DNA from: Desulfatiglandales bacterium
GTDB lineage: Bacteria; Desulfobacterota; DSM-4660; Desulfatiglandales; HGW-15
Direction: 5' to 3'
NCBI GenBank assembly: GCA_963667015.2
Contig: CAXXJJ010000001.1
Coordinates: 2,148,000-2,187,999 of the forward strand
Length of the DNA stretch: 40,000 bases
In this document: piece by piece, positions 35,028 through 40,000 of the stretch
Position numbering within the stretch: position 1 is the first letter of the stretch
Layout of the letters: every line of letters starts with the position of its first letter
Position numbers and translations under genes: made by a program
The notes under the pieces: generated by a model
Databases searched by the model: none
Seen by the model: the letters and a program-made list of their open reading frames with translations, nothing else
What the model was told of the DNA's origin: nothing

Positions 35028-35694
35028 ATGTCATGTCTTTGATTGTAATCATATTTCCATCATGGAATATTACAGTATCTCCAATATAGATAATCTCATT
35101 ATTATCATGAAATATTGCCGAACCATCTGTGATTGAAACGATATCATGCTCAATACCTTTGGAATATTCACTGACTTTTTCGATAAAAGATGTTTCCATA
35201 TTATTAAAGTGTGGTAAAAATTCATAATTGACAATGTTAAGGGCTTGATAATTAGAGTGATCACGTATGACTTGTTCAACTGTCTCTGTTACCAGGCGAA
35301 ATAATGAAACATTTTTTGTAAACTGCATCGATCCACCACTTGCACCCATTATCAAAAGGTCTTCAGCTATTAAATTGAGTAAACGTGACTCTAAACCAGT
35401 TTGAAGAATATTTTCCCTAAAACTTATTGGATTCCCACCTGTTAAATAAATGACATCATATTTATTAAGGTCATCTAATTGCCTTTCATCAAGATCTTCA
35501 TCAATGTCTATAAAATCCAGATTTGTAAAACCAAATGATTTAAAATGCCTTTTAGCTTTAGGAAAACGTTCATGCCCCTCTTTACTAAATGGAGGTATCC
35601 AGGCAATACGAGGATTTGTGCCTTTACTTCTGATGTGTTCTAAAATAATTTCATTTCTTGATAAAGGAAAGTCACTTGTAAGCAATAATTTCAC
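35011..35694 (-). CDS. cassette ORF: peptidase E (S51)-like / class I glutamine amidotransferase-like protein, C-terminus altered by intron insertion
   Basis: ...YDVIYLTGGNPISF... and ...IMGASGGSMQF... resemble S51 dipeptidase E blocks. The last 5 codons (YRDRK*) are read from intron sequence. Without the introns the ORF would end ...KDMT-TAA using the attC core. Confidence 0.65.
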   Translation of the reverse strand: MKLLLTSDFPLSRNEIILEHIRSKGTNPRIAWIPPFSKEGHERFPKAKRHFKSFGFTNLDFIDIDEDLDERQLDDLNKYDVIYLTGGNPISFRENILQTGLESRLLNLIAEDLLIMGASGGSMQFTKNVSLFRLVTETVEQVIRDHSNYQALNIVNYEFLPHFNNMETSFIEKVSEYSKGIEHDIVSITDGSAIFHDNNEIIYIGDTVIFHDGNMITIKDMTYRDRK

Positions 35695-35726
35695 AATTTA
35701 GCTCCAAGAATAGTTACCCTTCAATG

Positions 35727-35860
35727 ACATAACGAAAAGCATTACAGGCCGGGCGGTGCAAACCAACTTACCATGTTAAAGGTACGAGGATTCTGAGTTG
35801 GCAGATAGTTTAAAAAAGGCGAAAAAAATAGCACGGTCCTAGTAGATGCAATGGTTGGCT
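35727..35860 (-). other. attC site (family B), belongs to ORF-less cassette copy C
   Basis: ATAACG aaaagcattacaggccgggcggtgcaaacc ... agcacggtcctagtagatgcaat GGTTGGC. Confidence 0.75.
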
Positions 35861-36124
35861 GCCGCCAACCTGTTTAATTTGATTTTGACTTCTTACTTTC
35901 AATTACTGATTTTTAAAGATTTGATGCTTTTTGAATACTATGATTTTTGATTCTTCTTTTTATATTGTTCTGAATTATTTTTCAAAGGAATTTCCGGGGA
36001 ATGGATTTCCTTTGTTTTGTTACCTTTTTATTTCCAGAACATTTCTCGCGCCTTTGAGTTACTTGTTATTTGCAACTTCATTTCCGCTTCTCCTGTAATT
36101 ATTTTCTTTCTGCTTTCCAGCACG
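35861..36124 (-). repeat. ORF-less cassette body, copy C
   Basis: Aligns with copies A and B, with scattered substitutions and small indels (for example gttttttgtt > gttttgtt). Confidence 0.8.
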
Positions 36125-36254
36125 CCAACGCCCCAAATAACCAGACGGGCGGTTAATGATTATTGATACTTGCAAACATCAATTGCTTCTATGATGCACC
36201 CAACTGCGATCTGGCAAGAGAGTAGCCCGGTCTGAGTTGATTTGGATGTTAGCA
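36123..36254 (-). other. attC site (long family D)
   Basis: CCAACG ccccaaataaccagacgggcgg ... gcgatctggcaagagagtagcccggtctgagttgatttggat GTTAGCA. Confidence 0.75.
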
Positions 36255-36680
36255 GTCTCCAAGTTCCACTATGCCAGGACTAAAGCAACCTACCATGAAT
36301 CCCAAGTATGGATCATTGCCTTTTTCATTAATAACCCAATGCCAATCAACTATCTCGGTGTTTGTAGGGAAACTAAGTTGCACATTATTTTCGAAAGTTA
36401 AAATTAACGTTGAATCTTTTGATAGTGAGAGCTCATTTATTTTTTTCCTTAAGGTACAGCATGAAATAAATGATTTTGCCATATCAGTTTTATCGACAGC
36501 CTCTTCAGAAGGTTGGTATTCTGAGAGTACTTTATTATTTAGGAACTCTTCATCAGGTGAATTTACGTTTTGTGAAATTAACCAAAAGCCATCAAAGTAA
36601 TAATCGAATGTATCACCGATGCTGAATCGAGTATAGTAATTACCAATAAGTTTTTTCTTTAATATATCTATTTCGTTCAT
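36249..36680 (-). CDS. cassette ORF: hypothetical protein
   Basis: 143 aa. Stop lies in the attC core. No family recognised. Confidence 0.55.
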   Translation of the reverse strand: MNEIDILKKKLIGNYYTRFSIGDTFDYYFDGFWLISQNVNSPDEEFLNNKVLSEYQPSEEAVDKTDMAKSFISCCTLRKKINELSLSKDSTLILTFENNVQLSFPTNTEIVDWHWVINEKGNDPYLGFMVGCFSPGIVELGDC

Positions 36681-36694
36681 ATCATTTCATGCAC

Positions 36695-36826
36695 TGCTAA
36701 CGCCGAAATAACCAGCCGCGGCGGTTTATTGTTATAAATAGTTGCCAACCTCAATTGTTTCTATGTTGCTCTCAACTCCGATCTGGCAAGAGAGTAGCCC
36801 GGTCTGAGTTGATTTTGTGGTTGTGC
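36695..36826 (-). other. attC site (long family D)
   Basis: CTAACG ccgaaataaccagccgcggcgg ... ccgatctggcaagagagtagcccggtctgagttgattttgtg GTTGTGC. Confidence 0.8.
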
Positions 36827-37290
36827 TATTCTTTGTTTTCATTAACTTCAATTGTAACCCAGTTCGACTCTAAGCTACCATTAAATAAACCTTTATCTAA
36901 CCATGATCTATTTTTATATTTTGCTTTCACTCGATATTGCCCTGCTTTTAAACAATACATTGAAATTATATTATTATGCAGATAGTCTACACCAATATAC
37001 TCACCAGGGTCTAATGCGATAACATCTCTTTCAGTTAGACGACCTACAGTAACCATTGCACAGAGAGGAAATTCTATACCCTCTTTATTAACTACAATTA
37101 AATCAACTTCAGCCAATTCAATGGTAGTACCTAAAGAAAATCTTTTATTTACTAATACCCTTCCATAAGATTCATTTTTTAAAGATAATTTTAGATTATT
37201 ATTATGGTTTTCTAGCATAAGTTTAATTGGTTCTTCTGCAAATACACCATTAGATAGAAGCAAAATAAGAACAATAAAATATTTAATCAT
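36826..37290 (-). CDS. cassette ORF: secreted hypothetical protein
   Basis: Signal peptide MIKYFIVLILLLSNGVFA. 154 aa. Confidence 0.6.
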   Translation of the reverse strand: MIKYFIVLILLLSNGVFAEEPIKLMLENHNNNLKLSLKNESYGRVLVNKRFSLGTTIELAEVDLIVVNKEGIEFPLCAMVTVGRLTERDVIALDPGEYIGVDYLHNNIISMYCLKAGQYRVKAKYKNRSWLDKGLFNGSLESNWVTIEVNENKE

Positions 37291-37328
37291 TTAAGCCTCC
37301 AAATGGGACACAACTATCAATTCTTGAA

Positions 37329-37461
37329 GCACAACGACCGCCGATAACCTGCCGGGCGGTTTAGTATTATAGATATTTGCCAACCCCAATTGTTACAATA
37401 ATGAACTCAACTGCGATCTGGCAAGAGAGCAGCCCGGTCTGAGTTTATTGGTTTGTTAGCT
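37329..37461 (-). other. attC site (long family D)
   Basis: ACAACG accgccgataacctgccgggcgg ... gcgatctggcaagagagcagcccggtctgagtttattggttt GTTAGCT. Confidence 0.8.
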
Positions 37462-38103
37462 GAGTCTTTTGAGATTTATGTAACTTGTTTCAAATCCCGT
37501 ATCAAATTCTATTGCTGAGACAGAACCTACAGGTTTTTCAAATTCTAAAAATCTGCCACCATCAATAATAAACTGTGCCGCTTCATTCGGGTCCTGTGCA
37601 TTAAAGCCTATGCCACTAAAATCGGTTGATATTTTATTCGTTTCGTATGTTGATACAAACTTATATTCACCAGGGATTAAATTAAAAACTTCAACTTCAA
37701 TGCCATCAATTCGGATTATTCCTAAAGCAAGATTTTTTGATGTTTTACTAACAACGGCGGCTATTCTTGGTGTTGAATAATCGTCATGCTCGTAATCCAT
37801 GCCAAATAAAACAGAGGTTAGCGAGTCTCTAATAGACATGCCAGATTCTAATTTATCAAATATAGGATCGGTATGAGTTCCGTTTCCAACTACGGCGAAC
37901 TTTGAATTGTGACGCAGGCAATTGTAACTGATGTATGGACTTTTATAGATATCCGTTTCTGATCCCGGTGATGGTATAACAGCTAAAGCACCATTAATGT
38001 CTTTGATCACTCTGTTCGGAAAGGACCGAGATGATACACGATACATTAAACATAAACGATTTGAGGTTGTTAATCCAACAGATACAATTCTTCCTACGTA
38101 CAT
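37456..38103 (-). CDS. cassette ORF: IMP cyclohydrolase (archaeal PurO)-like protein
   Basis: N-terminus MYVGRIVSVG...YRVSSRSFPNR matches the signature opening of the PurO / IMP_cyclohyd family as I recall it. 215 aa is the right size. Confidence 0.65.
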   Translation of the reverse strand: MYVGRIVSVGLTTSNRLCLMYRVSSRSFPNRVIKDINGALAVIPSPGSETDIYKSPYISYNCLRHNSKFAVVGNGTHTDPIFDKLESGMSIRDSLTSVLFGMDYEHDDYSTPRIAAVVSKTSKNLALGIIRIDGIEVEVFNLIPGEYKFVSTYETNKISTDFSGIGFNAQDPNEAAQFIIDGGRFLEFEKPVGSVSAIEFDTGFETSYINLKRLS

Positions 38104-38118
38104 TTCATCTCCTCATAC

Positions 38119-38240
38119 AGCTAACGCACAGCATAAGGGGTAATGGTACCGATGGTTTATAAAGTATGAAGCCCATTGAAACCTCTGAACTCCAACCGGC
38201 AAGAAAAACCAGCAAATCCGGCTTGATGCAAATGTTAGAG
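38119..38240 (-). other. attC site (family E)
   Basis: CTAACG cacagcataaggggtaatggtaccgatggtttataaagtatgaag...ccggcaagaaaaaccagcaaatcc... GTTAGAG. Confidence 0.75.
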
Positions 38241-38246
38241 CTTTTT

Positions 38247-38756
38247 TTATTTCCATCGATAGGGAAAACCTAGCCCACCTATGTAATAATGTTCAGATAT
38301 TTGACTACCCTCTGAAACTGAATTATAAAACTTTTTTGAACAATTCAAAGTTACTATTTCAGATGTTTTATTATCCCGAACTTCTATGTGGTAGCTCCAG
38401 CGTCTCCCTTTGCTGATCCATTTACTTTCAATTGGACCTTCATATACTATTTCTTCTCCATTGCCTGTAAAAGCATTAATTGCCATTACGTATGGCCAAG
38501 TCATCAATAGAGTTAAAGCATAAAATAAAATGGCTACAAACCATGTAGTAACCTTTTTTTTGTTAACACTATATAAAAATTTGCGGTTTATCCATGTATA
38601 CCCGAAAATAATTACTGCAAGAGGCACAAATAAGATTCGTACAGAATAGTCAAATCCGCCATTAAAAATTGATTCAAGCCTCAACAATAAAAATAACGAA
38701 ATGCCGATGTATATAAAAAATAAAATGTTACCGTAACGATAAATTAAATCATTCAT
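38247..38756 (-). CDS. cassette ORF: membrane protein with soluble C-terminal domain
   Basis: 169 aa. Three or four hydrophobic helices followed by a ~70-aa hydrophilic tail. Confidence 0.55.
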   Translation of the reverse strand: MNDLIYRYGNILFFIYIGISLFLLLRLESIFNGGFDYSVRILFVPLAVIIFGYTWINRKFLYSVNKKKVTTWFVAILFYALTLLMTWPYVMAINAFTGNGEEIVYEGPIESKWISKGRRWSYHIEVRDNKTSEIVTLNCSKKFYNSVSEGSQISEHYYIGGLGFPYRWK

Positions 38757-38758
38757 AG

Positions 38759-38825
38759 CTCTAACGTACCGCTCACCAGAGAGGGCCGCTCTTTGGCCCG
38801 AATCTGGTGAAGCGGAAGGTTATGC
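38759..38825 (-). other. attC site (short family C relative)
   Basis: CTAACG taccgctcaccagagagggccgctctttggcccgaatctggtgaagcggaag GTTATGC. Confidence 0.75.
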
Positions 38826-39419
38826 TTGCCTTTGTTCATAGTTTTCTGGGAACATCGCTCTTTCAACCAATTCTATAAGTAAGTGAACCACTTTGATATG
38901 GAGTTCTTGGACACGATCTGCATACTCACCAGCTGGAGTGCATATTTCAATATCCGCAATTTCACCTAAAGGCGATCCGTTGCGCCCCGTGAGACCAATG
39001 ACTTTTATATCATTTTTCTTTGCATACTCAGCTGCTAAAATGACATTGCGGCTGGTTCCACTCGTGCTGATTGCTAAAAGGACATCCCCCTTCTTTGCAT
39101 GAGCTTCAAGATATCTTGAAAATATTTTGCTGTAGCCATAATCATTACCGACACAACTAATATGTCCTGAGTCACTTATAGCAGATGCAGGCAGTGCCTT
39201 TCGATCAAGCCTGTAACGCCCTGAAAGCTCTTCGGCAAAGTGTATTGCATCACACATAGATCCACCATTTCCACAGCTAAATGCTCGTCCTCCGTTAGAA
39301 AAACATTCTACAAGAGCCTTCCCTGCATTTGATACAGCCGAAATTGCCTTTTTATTTTTTAAGAATGAATCTAAGGCGGTCGCTGCATCACGAAGAGTTT
39401 TTTTGACTATATTTTCCAT
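38820..39419 (-). CDS. gmhA: cassette ORF: SIS-domain D-sedoheptulose-7-phosphate isomerase
   Basis: 199 aa. ...FSCGNGGSMCDAIHFAEEL..., ...LLAISTSGTSRNV... and ...QELHIKVVHLL... are the GmhA/phosphoheptose isomerase blocks. Confidence 0.85.
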   Translation of the reverse strand: MENIVKKTLRDAATALDSFLKNKKAISAVSNAGKALVECFSNGGRAFSCGNGGSMCDAIHFAEELSGRYRLDRKALPASAISDSGHISCVGNDYGYSKIFSRYLEAHAKKGDVLLAISTSGTSRNVILAAEYAKKNDIKVIGLTGRNGSPLGEIADIEICTPAGEYADRVQELHIKVVHLLIELVERAMFPENYEQRQA

Positions 39420-39443
39420 CGGTAACCTGTAAAAACATTAAGA

Positions 39444-39571
39444 GCATAACGCGCTGCATTACAGGCATGCGGTGCATACCTTTAAAGCTTATTAGTAGAA
39501 GTAATATCGCGAACCTTTAAAGACCGATTCGGCGATATAATAGCATGTCCTTGTAGATGCTGATGTTAGCA
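39444..39571 (-). other. attC site (family B)
   Basis: ATAACG cgctgcattacaggcatgcggtgcatacc ... cggcgatataatagcatgtccttgtagatgctgat GTTAGCA. Confidence 0.75.
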
Positions 39572-39838
39572 TTGTTTTTGTATCATATTTAATATTTTGT
39601 CAGTAGCTTCAGTCAGGTCCATATCATATAATTCTAAACAATCATCTTCGTCAATTATTATATTGAAAGCTTCCTCAATGTCATTAAATGGTGGCGTATC
39701 TTCAATGATGTCAGGAAGATTTGTTGTTGACCACATACATGCCATTTGCTTTGATTTTGGAGGGCTCTTATAACGCTTTTTATATTTCATAAATATTTGG
39801 GAAAGCTTTTCATAGATTTCATTTTTTGAAAAAGTCAT
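39566..39838 (-). CDS. cassette ORF: small acidic hypothetical protein
   Basis: 90 aa. Stop lies in the attC core. Confidence 0.5.
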   Translation of the reverse strand: MTFSKNEIYEKLSQIFMKYKKRYKSPPKSKQMACMWSTTNLPDIIEDTPPFNDIEEAFNIIIDEDDCLELYDMDLTEATDKILNMIQKQC

Positions 39839-39862
39839 ACCCTATTTTCTTTCTTATGGAGA

Positions 39863-39950
39863 TGCTAACGGCCAGCTCACAAGCCACGCCGAGATGCTCA
39901 GCAAAAATTGAAAGAAGCCCCTCGTGGTCTTGTGAAGCGACAGGTTAAAA
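39863..39950 (-). other. attC site (family C variant); a further cassette continues past the window end
   Basis: CTAACG gccagctcacaagccacgccgagatgc...gaagcccctcgtggtcttgtgaagcgacag GTTAAAA. Confidence 0.7.
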
Positions 39951-40000
39951 GCCGATTTTGCCTGCTATTTACCGACTTTGTATTTTTGATAACCAGTTAT

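Noticed and set aside
19396-40000. Regularly spaced GC-rich repeats that could be mistaken for a CRISPR array.
   Set aside because: - The repeats are 58-135 bp imperfect palindromes from several different families, not identical 25-40 bp direct repeats.
- The spacers are 230-900 bp and contain complete ORFs.
- Conserved AAC/GTT cores fit attC sites.

Overview
The window has two very different parts.

**Bases 1 to ~17.3 kb: ordinary, relatively GC-rich chromosomal DNA**
- A cluster that looks dedicated to plant-cell-wall phenolic esters and arabinan: carboxylesterase tail, URO-D/MtaA-like protein, GPH-type symporter, tannase/feruloyl esterase, GH43 with a ricin-like domain, a secreted protein, a Tat-exported FAD flavoprotein and an aromatic-acid-type MFS transporter.
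- A DUF4143 AAA ATPase, a lipoprotein and an MBL-fold hydrolase.
- A decayed PIN toxin-antitoxin pair.
- At 17.3-18.2 kb, a C-GCAxxG-C-C family gene that is full length only if an in-frame TGA is read as selenocysteine. A SECIS-like hairpin follows the TGA.
- At 18.3-19.4 kb, a RAYT/IS200-like Y1 transposase flanked by a perfect 22-bp inverted repeat.

**~19.4 kb to the window end: a chromosomal integron cassette array read on the minus strand**
- The sequence turns AT-rich and has the architecture of a large cassette array.
- I count 25 attC-like imperfect palindromes (left core YYAACG, right core GTTRRRY on the + strand) from several sequence families.
- Each separates a single short, unrelated minus-strand ORF, and the ORF's stop codon usually sits inside the attC core.
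- No integron integrase or attI is in the window. Orientation predicts them beyond base 40000.
- The distal end is a truncated attC lying about 20 bp from the RAYT element.

**Unusual items inside the array**
- Two diverged copies of a class-C-like group II intron are inserted head-to-tail in one attC, antisense to the cassettes.
- A different group II intron sits at another attC/cassette junction in the sense orientation.
- An ORF-less ~400-bp cassette is present in three diverged copies.
- Three cassettes carry HEPN-type Rx4-6H motifs.
- Several cassettes encode housekeeping-type enzymes: PurO-like IMP cyclohydrolase, GmhA, a peptidase E-like protein and an alpha/beta hydrolase.

**Limits**
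All calls come from reading the sequence and the ORF track by eye. attC and intron boundaries are good to about +/-5 nt, and protein family calls rest on recognised motifs, not searches.
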